A DNA stretch of 64,000 nt from a virus: positions 20,008-84,007 of IMG/VR virus record IMGVR_UViG_3300028608_000011. The stretch is one strand, 5' to 3'. Below the pieces are notes generated by a model that had not been told where the DNA came from, did no database searches, and saw nothing but the letters and a program-made list of their open reading frames with translations. Below, piece by piece: positions 19,524-29,353 of this stretch. A program made the translations under genes and the position numbers. Each line of letters starts with the position of its first letter. Position 1 is the first letter of the stretch.

Positions 19524-20116
19524 AGGGCCTCCATTGCAGCCATGTAATCGCCGAAGTCCTCGCCCTGGTGGTGCGTGTAGGACAACTTCTTGATGAACGC
19601 CTTCTGGATCGCTGCGTCCGCAGCCTGCGCCACTTCGGCGTCGACTTCCACGCCTTGGCCCAGCTCCGGCAAGTCAATGTCGATCAGCATGGCAGCTGCC
19701 TTGACGTCGAACAGCTCGCGGATCAGCGCCTGGCGATTGGTCTCTTGGCTGTGGCCATACGGGCTGACGCTTTCGAAGCCGTGGCGGAGGATCTTGCCGA
19801 TGACCTGCACCACCTCGCCGCACTCTTCCATCAGGATGGCCAGGCGCTCAGCCTGCGCCGGTGACAGCCCGTTGAAGTGGGCGTCGGCCAGCTGACCAAT
19901 CCACGGCGCTGGCTCCTCGCTCTGCGGCCGCAGGAACAGCTCAGCCTTGCCAGCTGCCCGCTCCAGACGCTCGATGTCACCCTCCGGCAGGATGCCTTTG
20001 CTGGACAGTGTGTCCACCTCGTCGATCAGCTCGTCGAGGATGTTGTCGACCTTGTCGACGGCGCCCGGAATGCCCTGAGCGATGTTGCAGTAACCGTTGA
20101 ATCGGAAATTATTCAT
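19520..20116 (-). CDS. MazG-like nucleotide pyrophosphohydrolase domain protein
   Basis: ILMEECGEVVQVIGKILRHG ... RELFDV (EExxE..ExxD). Confidence 0.7.
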   Translation of the reverse strand: MNNFRFNGYCNIAQGIPGAVDKVDNILDELIDEVDTLSSKGILPEGDIERLERAAGKAELFLRPQSEEPAPWIGQLADAHFNGLSPAQAERLAILMEECGEVVQVIGKILRHGFESVSPYGHSQETNRQALIRELFDVKAAAMLIDIDLPELGQGVEVDAEVAQAADAAIQKAFIKKLSYTHHQGEDFGDYMAAMEAL

Positions 20117-20852
20117 GAGTTTTCTCCGGTGCGGCGAGTAGTGGGTTGATGCGGCTTTCCAGCGCAAGCTTCAGGGCTTCAGGCGGCTGTCCGAAGAAGT
20201 CGTGCATACGCTGGCCGATGCCTTCGATGGACGCCTTGAACGCTGCACAGGCAGCCTCCGCTTCGGCACTCCACACGATGGTCTGCCCAGCGTGGAAGCG
20301 GTCGTTGCTGAAGTTGGTGGTGCTCAAAGTTTCCTTCTCGTGGTCATCGGCGTCTTCGACGATCTCCAGCTCGTACAGCTTGTTGTCCACCAGATAACGG
20401 ACGCCGTAGTGGAAGCCGAGCACGGGAATCTCTTGGAACGACGGCTGCCCTTTGGATACCGAACGACCATCTGCGTCACGGGCAACGTAGGCCACGGTAT
20501 AGGCGATGACCTTGACCCGCGAGGCATGCAGCACCCGCTCATAGAACTCGCGTCCAATCGCACGCAGCAACTTTTCCATGGTGTCCAGGCTGGACTTGGT
20601 GCGGACGAAGTAGGTGCCGGTCTTTGGGTCTCGGTCGATAGGCTCCTGCCGGAACAGCGGGATGTAGCTGCCGAAGAACTTGGCGTAGTGGTCAGGCATA
20701 GCTGCCACAAACGACGTGTCGCCGCGCGGGTCGAGGTAAATCGCTGTCTTGCCCTGAATGTAGTTAGGCTCTCGACCAATGCAGTCCTCGAAGTAGCCTA
20801 CGCCGACGTCCTTCAGCTTCTTGTACGGAGCTGGGAATGGCTTATGGCTCAT
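20109..20852 (-). CDS. Hypothetical protein
   Basis: 247-aa ORF overlapping both neighbours in the operon. Confidence 0.75.
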   Translation of the reverse strand: MSHKPFPAPYKKLKDVGVGYFEDCIGREPNYIQGKTAIYLDPRGDTSFVAAMPDHYAKFFGSYIPLFRQEPIDRDPKTGTYFVRTKSSLDTMEKLLRAIGREFYERVLHASRVKVIAYTVAYVARDADGRSVSKGQPSFQEIPVLGFHYGVRYLVDNKLYELEIVEDADDHEKETLSTTNFSNDRFHAGQTIVWSAEAEAACAAFKASIEGIGQRMHDFFGQPPEALKLALESRINPLLAAPEKTHE

Positions 20853-21934
20853 GCGTTCACCTTCTGTACCAGTTCAGCGAAGAGAGGGGCGAGGTCGCTG
20901 CCTTCCAGATCGCGTGCAATCCGGGTCTGCAGATCTTCGGCGACCACACCCTCGATGTCGGTGTCCACGTCCTTCAGGGAGTCGAGCAGCTCGACCTTGT
21001 TGCGCACGGCGAACAGGTCGTTGCAAGTCTGCAGCTCAGTGCCTGCCGGGCCGCAAGCTTGGTACTCGCCGGCCTTCCAGATCTCGCGGATGAACTCGCT
21101 GACCTCCACCGCGCTGGACACGCTCTCGGCGCCGGTGACGTCAACGAACTGTACGCCTCTGAGATCGGGGATATCGCCGCCCAGCTTGATCTCGCAGTAG
21201 CTCTGTGTCTCCGACCAGATCAGCTCTTTGGTCAGCGTGGCGGTGTCCAGCTCCAGGTGGTAGATGAACTTGTCGCCGATGTCGTGGAAGCTGGTAGGGT
21301 GAGTGTTTCCCAGCACCACGACCTGGCCGCCGAGGTCTGTCGAACCATTGTGCTCATGGCCGATGAAGATGTAATCGAACGATGCGATCAACTCTTTGGC
21401 CAGGTCACGGCTCAGGTTAAGCGTGCTGTCCTCGGTGTTAAGCTCGAAGTTGTAGTTGCAGTGCAGGAACAGGTAGCTGGCCAGGCCGTCACGGTGCGCC
21501 GCTGCGTGCTCTGCTGCCTGGCGCATCGCGACTTCGAAAGTCTCTTGGCTGGCGTGGTGCGGCACGAAGTACAGCGACTCGTGGCAATCGAAGAACGGAT
21601 CTGTCAGGTTTGGCACCGCGATGATCGGTGCCCCCATGTCTCGGATCGCCCGAAGCGAGGTCACAGTGCCTTCGCGGTTGGTCTCATCGTGGTTGCCCGC
21701 CAACGTCCAGCGGCAGCCGCTGGCCACGTTGAACCCCTGCACGATGACCTCTTCGCTGTTGAACGACTTGTCGAACAGGTCGCCAACACAGATCAGCGGG
21801 TTGGTCGCGGTGTTGACGATGGTCATCGCTTGGTCGTACAGCGCCTGCTTCAGCCTGGCCGAAGACTCCCGAGTGGTGTGCGCTGCCCGGGAAGTCCCCA
21901 GATGGGGGTCGGTGAAGATGGTGATGTTTTTCAT
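20849..21934 (-). CDS. sbcD: SbcD/Mre11-like metallophosphoesterase nuclease
   Basis: TDPHLG, VGDLFD, AGNHD, FLH, GHEH motifs. Confidence 0.92.
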   Translation of the reverse strand: MKNITIFTDPHLGTSRAAHTTRESSARLKQALYDQAMTIVNTATNPLICVGDLFDKSFNSEEVIVQGFNVASGCRWTLAGNHDETNREGTVTSLRAIRDMGAPIIAVPNLTDPFFDCHESLYFVPHHASQETFEVAMRQAAEHAAAHRDGLASYLFLHCNYNFELNTEDSTLNLSRDLAKELIASFDYIFIGHEHNGSTDLGGQVVVLGNTHPTSFHDIGDKFIYHLELDTATLTKELIWSETQSYCEIKLGGDIPDLRGVQFVDVTGAESVSSAVEVSEFIREIWKAGEYQACGPAGTELQTCNDLFAVRNKVELLDSLKDVDTDIEGVVAEDLQTRIARDLEGSDLAPLFAELVQKVNA

Positions 21935-22047
21935 TGAAACAGTCCTTTCACGAAATGGTGAAGTGCAGAAAGGAGTGGGATCGCCGTGAACACGATGATC
22001 CCCTCGAGAATGAACAGCGCGAGTTTCTTCTTGACGTCGTTGGTCAT
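21931..22047 (-). CDS. Small membrane peptide (38 aa, MTNDVKKKLALFILEGIIVFTAIPLL...)
   Basis: KKK followed by one TM; stop overlaps the sbcD ATG; GGA-rich RBS. Confidence 0.5.
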   Translation of the reverse strand: MTNDVKKKLALFILEGIIVFTAIPLLSALHHFVKGLFQ

Positions 22048-22096
22048 GGTTCCATCCATTCAAGGTTGGGGCAGCGCGCTGCCCCGGGCTTTACGG

Positions 22097-23272
22097 TCAG
22101 GCGTTCTTGTCCGATTCCCAGCACTTCGATACCGGCAAGTTGGGGATGCCGTCCGGCGTGAAGCCGAAGTGGCGAACCACGTTGCGCTGGCCGACGTAGG
22201 AGTCACGCGCTTCCCACTGTGCGTTCTTTTGGTCTTTGGTGCCGTGGGCGGTAGCCTTGAAGGTACGGCCGGTGCCGTCGCCGACGTCCATTACCCAGAC
22301 AGGGACGCGGAGGTAGCCGGTGACAACGCCGTCTTCATCGCGGATCTCGTAGGGCGTGCCTTCCTCGTAACCGGTGACGGTGTACTCGTGGTCTTCCATG
22401 TCCTTGATCTTCAGCAGGCCCGTGCTGCGTTTACCATCGAGGTAGCCGCTGTCACCGTGGCGAACGATGCTGCCCTCGTAACCCTGCTCAAGGTACTGCT
22501 GGTGCAGATGCTTGGCGCCTTCCAGGCTGTCAACGCGCACCGTCGATACCAGCTTCAACGGCGAGCTGACGGTGGAGTGGGTTACCTGGTACGGAGTCTG
22601 CCCGAGAATGGCAGCCACGCGGGCATAGCGGTCGCTGAACTGGTCACCGGCGACCATGTCGTAGATGTGGTATTCGATCACCGCGGACTCTTCGCGAGGA
22701 TCCTTGATCAGGCTGCCGATCTCTTGCAGCGAGATCCCGTGGCAGTACAGCTCACCGTCAAGGTGCACGTCGCCGAGAAGCGCCAGGGCTTCAGCGATGT
22801 GAGGCAAGTTGATCGGCTTGCCGTTGCGGCTGTACATCAGGCCGTTCTTCGACAGGCAGCGGTGGCCATCCAGCTTCGGCTGCACGAAAGCGTTGCTCCA
22901 GTCCACCTTCTCCGGCTTCACCTTGTCGATGGGGTGGGCCAGCATTGGCATTTCATTGCCGCTTGCGTTGGTGGCCGGCGCGGTGGCTGCTTCCTCGGTT
23001 TCAACGTAGCCCTTGTCGAGCTGTTTTTTCCAGCGCGACTCGGCTTCAGCGATCGCTTGCTGTGCCGGAGTGGTCTCGTTGGCTTTGCCGATATTCACTC
23101 CCTTCACCGCAGTGTTCTTCTCGACCGCCGCGCCGTCCATGGTCTTGGCGAACGTAATGTTCAGCGCTGCTTTGCCGTCTTCCAGCTCTCGGGCTTCCAC
23201 CTTCCACCAGCCCGTGGATTTGCCGTGGTTCTTGTACAGCGTCTTGCTCGACAGCGTTTTGAAATCAGTCAT
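22097..23272 (-). CDS. ATP-dependent DNA ligase
   Basis: QPKLDGHR (KxDG), LDGELY, YEGSIVR, LLKIK, C-terminal OB domain. Confidence 0.93.
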   Translation of the reverse strand: MTDFKTLSSKTLYKNHGKSTGWWKVEARELEDGKAALNITFAKTMDGAAVEKNTAVKGVNIGKANETTPAQQAIAEAESRWKKQLDKGYVETEEAATAPATNASGNEMPMLAHPIDKVKPEKVDWSNAFVQPKLDGHRCLSKNGLMYSRNGKPINLPHIAEALALLGDVHLDGELYCHGISLQEIGSLIKDPREESAVIEYHIYDMVAGDQFSDRYARVAAILGQTPYQVTHSTVSSPLKLVSTVRVDSLEGAKHLHQQYLEQGYEGSIVRHGDSGYLDGKRSTGLLKIKDMEDHEYTVTGYEEGTPYEIRDEDGVVTGYLRVPVWVMDVGDGTGRTFKATAHGTKDQKNAQWEARDSYVGQRNVVRHFGFTPDGIPNLPVSKCWESDKNA

Positions 23273-23297
23273 CAGTCCATACCCCAAAAATTAGAAA

Positions 23298-23315
23298 CCC
23301 CGCTACTTAGCGGGA
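23298..23315. promoter_or_regulatory. Palindromic operator-like motif, copy 2 (TCCCGC-TAAGTA-GCGGGG on - strand)
   Basis: Variant copy upstream of the ligase, overlapping the resolvase stop. Confidence 0.5.
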
Positions 23316-23828
23316 TTTGTTCAGTGTATCCGCATGTGAAGGTATGCGGAAGTAGTCAGAGATCAGATCAACCACACGCTGCCTTTGCAGCTTGTTGATG
23401 ACCCCCACATTTGCCCAGGTGGCGAGCAGGTGGCGTTTGTCGATCCGCGCTGTGTCGTGTACGGCGATGCCGTCCCACAGCTGGATCACGCCGTTCTGCG
23501 CGTCCCAGAACAGGATGTAGTAGGGAATGCCCAGCAGGAACCTGAACCGGGCGATCGCTCCACGCTGCGCCGGCCGAACCGCGGCCTTGGGCATCGTGCT
23601 GTGTTCCTCACTGGCTTTCACCTCGAGGAAACACAGCCTCTGGCCGTCCTGCAGGTTCTGACACCCTGCAGGCAGGCCGAGGAGGTAATCGCTGGGCTGC
23701 TCAGCAACGATGGAGCCGGCGGCCCCGGAGTCCGAGAGGCGGTGGTAGCTGACAAGGCGCTGATCAAACAGCATCTTGAACACCTGCACCATTTCCTTCT
23801 CGAACACCTTCCCGATGCTTGCAGCCAT
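23307..23828 (-). CDS. Holliday junction resolvase (PD-(D/E)xK, RecU/D14-like)
   Basis: GKVFE, PSDY, FLEVK motifs. Confidence 0.75.
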   Translation of the reverse strand: MAASIGKVFEKEMVQVFKMLFDQRLVSYHRLSDSGAAGSIVAEQPSDYLLGLPAGCQNLQDGQRLCFLEVKASEEHSTMPKAAVRPAQRGAIARFRFLLGIPYYILFWDAQNGVIQLWDGIAVHDTARIDKRHLLATWANVGVINKLQRQRVVDLISDYFRIPSHADTLNKSR

Positions 23829-23830
23829 GG

Positions 23831-24397
23831 TCAGCCTTCCTTGAGCTGGTCGATCAACCCCATCAGGCTGATGTCGAAGTCGGTCAGCGACCCGTCGTTG
23901 ACGATGGTGTGGGTGATGTAGGAGCGAGCAATACCCTTCTCGCTGACATGCCCCTCAAGGCCTACGGCGGTCTTCACCTTCTCCACCAGGCTGTGGTGCT
24001 CCGGCCGGACGATCTCGATGATCACCCCGCCATTGAGCGTGATCCACTCCGCCTCGGAGTCGAATCGCACATCGCTGAGCACCATGCCGTCGATAGCCGG
24101 TAGGCTGTTGATCTCCTTCCAGCGCCTGGCCACCAGATTCACCCAGATCTGTGGGTTCATCAGCTCCCGGCCCCACTCGGTGCCGAGCGTCTGCATCATC
24201 ACCCGGTACGACTTGCAGGTTTCAGGGCAGATGTCCGAGCGATCGCCTTCGTGAAAGTGATCGCCGAAGACCGACTTCAGCATGGTCTTCAGCGGCTCCG
24301 CGAAAGCGTACTGACTGAGCGCCAGGTGTCGGGCCAGATAGCGCGCTGCGTGATCTTTACCCGACCTGGCCAGGCCGGTCACGCCGAGCAGCATCAC
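23831..24397 (-). CDS. Deoxynucleoside monophosphate kinase
   Basis: GLARSGKD, FAEPLK, MQTLGTEWGR, SDVRF, HVSE, NDG. Confidence 0.92.
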   Translation of the reverse strand: MMLLGVTGLARSGKDHAARYLARHLALSQYAFAEPLKTMLKSVFGDHFHEGDRSDICPETCKSYRVMMQTLGTEWGRELMNPQIWVNLVARRWKEINSLPAIDGMVLSDVRFDSEAEWITLNGGVIIEIVRPEHHSLVEKVKTAVGLEGHVSEKGIARSYITHTIVNDGSLTDFDISLMGLIDQLKEG

Positions 24398-25140
24398 AGC
24401 GGCTGCTCAACGCGGAGTTTCAGGGCCTGTGTCAGCTCATCGCTGAACAGCATTTCGCACTTGTCGCTGAGCAGCCACTTGCAATAGTCACGGCCGAGGT
24501 TCTTCACCTTGCTGCCCTTGTGCTGGCCGAAGCCGATCTTCATTTCCAGCGTGCCGTCGTCACCCTGCATCCAGGCCATCAGCTGGTCGAGGTTCTCGAC
24601 CTTTGCCCAGCCGAACAGCGGCTTGATGCAGATCAGGGTGCCTTCAACGTCGGCGAAGGCGTCATGCGCCTTGCCCAGCGGTTCGCCCACCAGGTGCTCG
24701 TAGAAGTGAACCAGCTTGGCGCTCGGCCACTTGTGTTCGCTCTTGAGCTTTCGTGCAGCCTTCATCAGGTCGATGGACTTCGGTGCACGAAGGCCGACCC
24801 GCGCTGCAATCCGGTTGTCGAACGAGCCGCTGTTGTAGCCGATCACGGCATCCAGCTTCATCTCGTTGACGGTTTCCATCTGCTCGCGCAGATACTCTTC
24901 CCACGGCTTTTCATCGATCAGGTCGTGGGCGTAATAGCCGTGAACTTTCGAGGCTTCCGGGTGGATCTCCTGCCCGGGGTTCAACAAGGTCACGTCCTTG
25001 TCGTGGATTTCAAACTCACCATTCTGGTGAACGGTCACGATACACAGGGCTGACTGCAGAACGCCGCAGGTTGCGGCATCCACCCCCGTGGTTTCGTAGT
25101 CGTGCGCTAATGCCTTGACGCTCTGTCCATTGAAGCTCAT
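24394..25140 (-). CDS. DEDDh 3'-5' exonuclease (DnaQ/ExoX-like)
   Basis: DYETTG, GYN..FD, AHDAFADV, C-terminal FGQHKG. Confidence 0.88.
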   Translation of the reverse strand: MSFNGQSVKALAHDYETTGVDAATCGVLQSALCIVTVHQNGEFEIHDKDVTLLNPGQEIHPEASKVHGYYAHDLIDEKPWEEYLREQMETVNEMKLDAVIGYNSGSFDNRIAARVGLRAPKSIDLMKAARKLKSEHKWPSAKLVHFYEHLVGEPLGKAHDAFADVEGTLICIKPLFGWAKVENLDQLMAWMQGDDGTLEMKIGFGQHKGSKVKNLGRDYCKWLLSDKCEMLFSDELTQALKLRVEQPL

Positions 25141-25436
25141 TTGGCTTTCCTTTCTGCTGTGAAGAAGTCTTTGTGGATGGCCGGCCATTTACGGCGGAAC
25201 GCCTCAATCCGCCTAGCCATGAGTGACTCGTTGTGCTGGGAGTCAGCGAGCTGCTTGCGCAGCTCACGGACTTTTGCAGCGGTTTCCCGCAGGCGCTGGT
25301 TCTCCACCAGCAGTCGGGTGTTGTCGGCGAGCAGCTGATCAACATCAATCGGCTTGGCTGGTGCGGGATCCGGGAGGTTGAGAACAGCCTCCCGAAATTT
25401 TTCCCACCAGCCGCCCTTAGTCGGCGATGTTTTCAA
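25137..25436 (-). CDS. Hypothetical coiled-coil protein (start uncertain)
   Basis: Fills the gap between polA and the exonuclease; ATGA overlap at 3' end. Confidence 0.55.
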   Translation of the reverse strand: MKTSPTKGGWWEKFREAVLNLPDPAPAKPIDVDQLLADNTRLLVENQRLRETAAKVRELRKQLADSQHNESLMARRIEAFRRKWPAIHKDFFTAERKAK

Positions 25437-28400
25437 CCTCCACCTCTTCGTCTTCGTCGGCTTCGATGTAGGTGGCCTTGCGGATCGGATCGAACGGTTC
25501 CAGCACGTCCTTCTCCCAGATGTCGCGGCCTTCTTCCAGCGCCTCTGCGACAAATTTGGCCACGTTCTCTGGGCTGATGTCACGGCCCAGCTCCTGCACT
25601 CTACCCCAGTCACAGCCGATAGAAAACTCCGGTACTTGTCGAACTTTGTGCCCCGGAGGGGTTGACTCTTCCATGAACCGTCCGACCTCTTGGCAATACG
25701 CCAGAACGTCGTCCTTGTGTACCCACGACACGACTTCATCGTAGATCGGCGCGAAGAACACCATCCGCAGGCGATCCATGATCCCGCTGTCGGCGATCCG
25801 GGTCAGCACGATGCGCAACATCTGCGCGGCGCTGCCCTGGATGGTGGCGTTGGTGCCTTGGCGATGCTGCCGAGCGACCTTGCCGCCGTCGTTGCTGAAA
25901 ATGTCCGGCGTAGCGTGACGCTTGGTGCCGAACGCTGTCAGCGTGAAGCCGTTCTTCTCCATGAAGCGGGCTGTCTCTTCCTGCCACGGGCGGATCCGCC
26001 AGTACAGGGCCATGGTCTGCTCCAGCAGCTGTTTCGCTTCCTCGAATGGTGCGATGAGGTTGCGAGACAGGGTGCCAGCCCCGGCGCCGTAAGCCATGCC
26101 GAAGTTGATCGTCTTGGCCTTGCCGCGAATCGCCACCGCCAGCTTGTGCAGAGGGTGATCCTTGGTGTCCTTGGCCAGGCAGAACTCCATGTAGTCCATC
26201 TTCGCGATACCGGCGCCAGTCATACTGTGCAGGTCTTTCTCGTTGCCTGGTTCATACACCGACAGCATCACCGGGTCGTTGGCGAGGTTAGCCATGAGAC
26301 GGATCTCTTGGCCGTTGAAGTCGATCGCCACACACAAGTAGTCCTTGTTGGGTGGAATGTAGATCGACCGCATGACCTTGCCTTCGCCTTTCTTCGGCAC
26401 CTGCAGGCTGTTCGGCGCGCTCGCCGTTGGCCGGGTGGTGTCGGTGCCCGCGTCGGTAACGATCGGGTGAACGTTGCCGTCTCGGTGACGCCACATCGGG
26501 TACTTGTCGTGGAACAGGCTGCAGCGTGTGCTGGCCGACTTCACCACTCGCAGTACCTGCAGCGCTTCCCGTTGCCAGCAGTCGTTCGGCACATCGTTAG
26601 CCAGCGCGGTGAGGATCGCTTGCTCATCGGTGGATGGGCCTGCTTCCTTGATGCCGATGGACAGCCGACCTTTGCCTGGCGACTTGCCACGCAGCCGCAC
26701 CGGCACGCCAATCTTGCAATACAGCAGTTGCTGCATCTGTGCCGGGCTGCCCACGTTCAGTGGATCGCCGAACTGCACAGTCCGCGGCTCAACCCCGGCC
26801 AACCGCTGAATCAGCTCAGCCAGCTTGTCAAAAGTCTTTTCCGCGGCTTCCAGCTTGGCACCGTCGGTGTCTTCTGCCGACTCCGACTCTTCTGCTTTGC
26901 GACGTAGGTCACCCATTTTCAGGCAGCCGGCGTTCACCGCCGCGGCGATCATATCGACAACTTCGGCCTGCTCCTTGGTGAGTTTCCACTCATCGCGGAA
27001 GCCTGCCGCGCCCGCCGCGTCGAACCACTCGGTGATTGCTTTGAGCGTTACCTTCTCGATCTCAGGCAACCCCACCGCCTTGAAGGCCGGATTCAACTGC
27101 AGAGGCGTGAAGGCAAACGTCGGCATCACCGACTCTTCGCGGTACGGCGTGTACTGGCAGGCTGCTTCGACCTTCTTGCGCCACTCTGCGACCTTGGCCC
27201 CGGCCTGATCCACGTCACCATCAGCTTTCTTCTTGGCCGAGCGGAACATGTAGTCCTTCTCGGCTTCGATCAGCGACTTGGCGCCTTCCGTGATGTTGCC
27301 GGTGACGTTCTTCTCAAGGATCTCGCGAAGCTCGATCATGCCGACGCGGATGGTTTCCAGATCCTTGGTATGGATGCGCTTCTGCAGTGCCCAGTTCATG
27401 TTCGAACCAGCCACGTAGGCACGCTGCAGCACTTCGGTTGGGCGCACTGCCCACTGCTGGTAGAAGTCCCACTGCCCATCCAGTTGCAGCAACAGCTGCA
27501 GCAGGTCGTGCAGGTGGCCGGTCACCAGGCTGTCATCGGTGCCGTAGGTGAAGGTTTCATCGGCGGTCAGCTCGCACATCATCCGCACGCCTTGCCCACC
27601 GTTACCGGCGGCCAGCGTGTCGGCGAAGGAGGTCTGCTCGTAAGCCAGGTAGTTCAGCGAGATCGCCTTCAGGCCCGCTTCCATGTTTTCGTCGTAGAAC
27701 CGCTGCATCATCCGGGTGTCTTGGATGTTTTTCAGCCAGACACCGAGGTTGGTGTGCGAGACCACGCCTTCAAACAAGGCGTTGTGGGCGATCCGGGTAG
27801 TGTGCTCGCCGGCGAATTCCAGAATTTCCAGAATCACCGAGTTGTTCACGTTGGCGCTATCGCGGTGATCCACTGGAATGTAGATCACGTTCTCCAGATG
27901 TCGGCCGAACTGGAACGAGGCACCTGCCAGCTCCTGGCTGAGCATGTCGACGAAGTTGTTGCCCGCCTGAGACGCGCGGCGGAAGTCAGCGATCGGGTTC
28001 TTGTCCGAGGACTCATAGTCGAACGCGGTCTTGTCGCCTGCTTTGATCTCCTCGAAGATCGCCTCGCGCATCTCGGGCCAGTTGCTGGCGTCGACGATCA
28101 TCGGCACCGGCATCAGGTGGCTGTACTCAGCCTCCCACATATCCTCGCAGCCAACTTCCTTGAGGCAGTTGTACAGCTCGGTGGCGTTCGGCACGCGCTT
28201 GTGGATCTTCGGCTTGGTCAGCTTGCGCTGGCGAGGTTTCCAGCACAGGTCTGGCTTCAGGTTGGCCAGGCGCCAGCCCATCTTCCAGTCCGCGAAGTTC
28301 TCCTTCAACTTGATCAGGATCTTGTCGCCGGAGGCTTCAATGGTCTCGTCGAGCAGGTCGGTGTTGCCACTTTCGACGATCTCGCACAGCTGCTCCAGGC

Positions 28401-29073
28401 CGTCCACGTCGTACAGCTCCAGCAGCTTCAAGACTTTTGCCGGGCCGAGACCCGTCACGCCTTTATAGTTGTCGGAGTCGTCGCCCATGATTGACTTGGC
28501 GAAGCTGGTGAAGCGGTATGGCAGGCCCGCCAGCTTGTGCCCTTCGGGGTACACGCCGTCGGCGCCGTAGTGAGCCACGTTCTTCAGGGTGACGATGGTG
28601 TCACCGTCCACCAGCTGCAGCATGTCTTCGTCGACGGTGTGGATGTCCTTGGCACCCTTCACCATCTGGCAAACCCAGGCAATCAGGTCATCCGCTTCAA
28701 CGCCTTCAACGAACATCTGGGTCGCGCCCAGCGCCGAGAAGAAACGCTTGGCCCACGCCATCAGCAGTTTGTACTGCTCGATCTCGATGGGGCTTTTGTT
28801 CTCGTCCTTCTTTTCCTTCTGGCCTTTGTAGGCCGGGTAGAGCCCGAGTCGATAGGCTTTGCCTGCGTCGTGGGCAACCAGCATTTCACGCGGTGACGCG
28901 CCCTGTTCCAGCATTGGGCGGATGTAGCGGGTGAGGAAGTCGGCAGCCGCCGCTTCCCATTCCGCGAACTTGCGATCCAGCTTCACGCAGTGCAGGGTCT
29001 TGTCGCTGACCCCGTAATAAGCGTGTTTAACTGTGGCTCGGAAGTCGATGATTTGTAGAGGGTATTTGTTCAT
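25417..29073 (-). CDS. polA: DNA polymerase family A with fused 5'-3' exonuclease and 3'-5' exonuclease
   Basis: EADD and GDDSDNYKGVTGLG (5' nuclease); FDYES, HNALFE, YGTDD (proofreading); motif A DFNGQEIR, B KTINFGMAYG, C IYDE. Confidence 0.95.
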   Translation of the reverse strand: MNKYPLQIIDFRATVKHAYYGVSDKTLHCVKLDRKFAEWEAAAADFLTRYIRPMLEQGASPREMLVAHDAGKAYRLGLYPAYKGQKEKKDENKSPIEIEQYKLLMAWAKRFFSALGATQMFVEGVEADDLIAWVCQMVKGAKDIHTVDEDMLQLVDGDTIVTLKNVAHYGADGVYPEGHKLAGLPYRFTSFAKSIMGDDSDNYKGVTGLGPAKVLKLLELYDVDGLEQLCEIVESGNTDLLDETIEASGDKILIKLKENFADWKMGWRLANLKPDLCWKPRQRKLTKPKIHKRVPNATELYNCLKEVGCEDMWEAEYSHLMPVPMIVDASNWPEMREAIFEEIKAGDKTAFDYESSDKNPIADFRRASQAGNNFVDMLSQELAGASFQFGRHLENVIYIPVDHRDSANVNNSVILEILEFAGEHTTRIAHNALFEGVVSHTNLGVWLKNIQDTRMMQRFYDENMEAGLKAISLNYLAYEQTSFADTLAAGNGGQGVRMMCELTADETFTYGTDDSLVTGHLHDLLQLLLQLDGQWDFYQQWAVRPTEVLQRAYVAGSNMNWALQKRIHTKDLETIRVGMIELREILEKNVTGNITEGAKSLIEAEKDYMFRSAKKKADGDVDQAGAKVAEWRKKVEAACQYTPYREESVMPTFAFTPLQLNPAFKAVGLPEIEKVTLKAITEWFDAAGAAGFRDEWKLTKEQAEVVDMIAAAVNAGCLKMGDLRRKAEESESAEDTDGAKLEAAEKTFDKLAELIQRLAGVEPRTVQFGDPLNVGSPAQMQQLLYCKIGVPVRLRGKSPGKGRLSIGIKEAGPSTDEQAILTALANDVPNDCWQREALQVLRVVKSASTRCSLFHDKYPMWRHRDGNVHPIVTDAGTDTTRPTASAPNSLQVPKKGEGKVMRSIYIPPNKDYLCVAIDFNGQEIRLMANLANDPVMLSVYEPGNEKDLHSMTGAGIAKMDYMEFCLAKDTKDHPLHKLAVAIRGKAKTINFGMAYGAGAGTLSRNLIAPFEEAKQLLEQTMALYWRIRPWQEETARFMEKNGFTLTAFGTKRHATPDIFSNDGGKVARQHRQGTNATIQGSAAQMLRIVLTRIADSGIMDRLRMVFFAPIYDEVVSWVHKDDVLAYCQEVGRFMEESTPPGHKVRQVPEFSIGCDWGRVQELGRDISPENVAKFVAEALEEGRDIWEKDVLEPFDPIRKATYIEADEDEEVEVENIAD

Positions 29074-29075
29074 GG

Positions 29076-29351
29076 TCACTCCTGAATGAAGAGGGCGTGC
29101 AGTACGGACCCTCCCCCTTGGAGCTGGCACGTACCCAGGTTGCAGTAGTTCTTGCTTGGGTCGAGGTCTTCGCCGGTTACCGCGACATAGATTTCGGCTG
29201 GGACAGTGCGCTGTGTATCGTCTACCAGTGTCCACAGCTGCAACGGCTCCACTTGCCCTGCCTGATGCTGAACTGTGGTATCAGCCGACAGGCCGCCGGG
29301 GACGTGGATAACATTCATGCCTACATTCAGACCGTACTTGAGCATCTTCAT
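29076..29351 (-). CDS. Conserved phage hypothetical protein
   Basis: Q..LW..VD..TG..LGT.Q..GG.V.H pattern; GGAGG RBS. Confidence 0.7.
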   Translation of the reverse strand: MKMLKYGLNVGMNVIHVPGGLSADTTVQHQAGQVEPLQLWTLVDDTQRTVPAEIYVAVTGEDLDPSKNYCNLGTCQLQGGGSVLHALFIQE

Positions 29352-29353
29352 GG

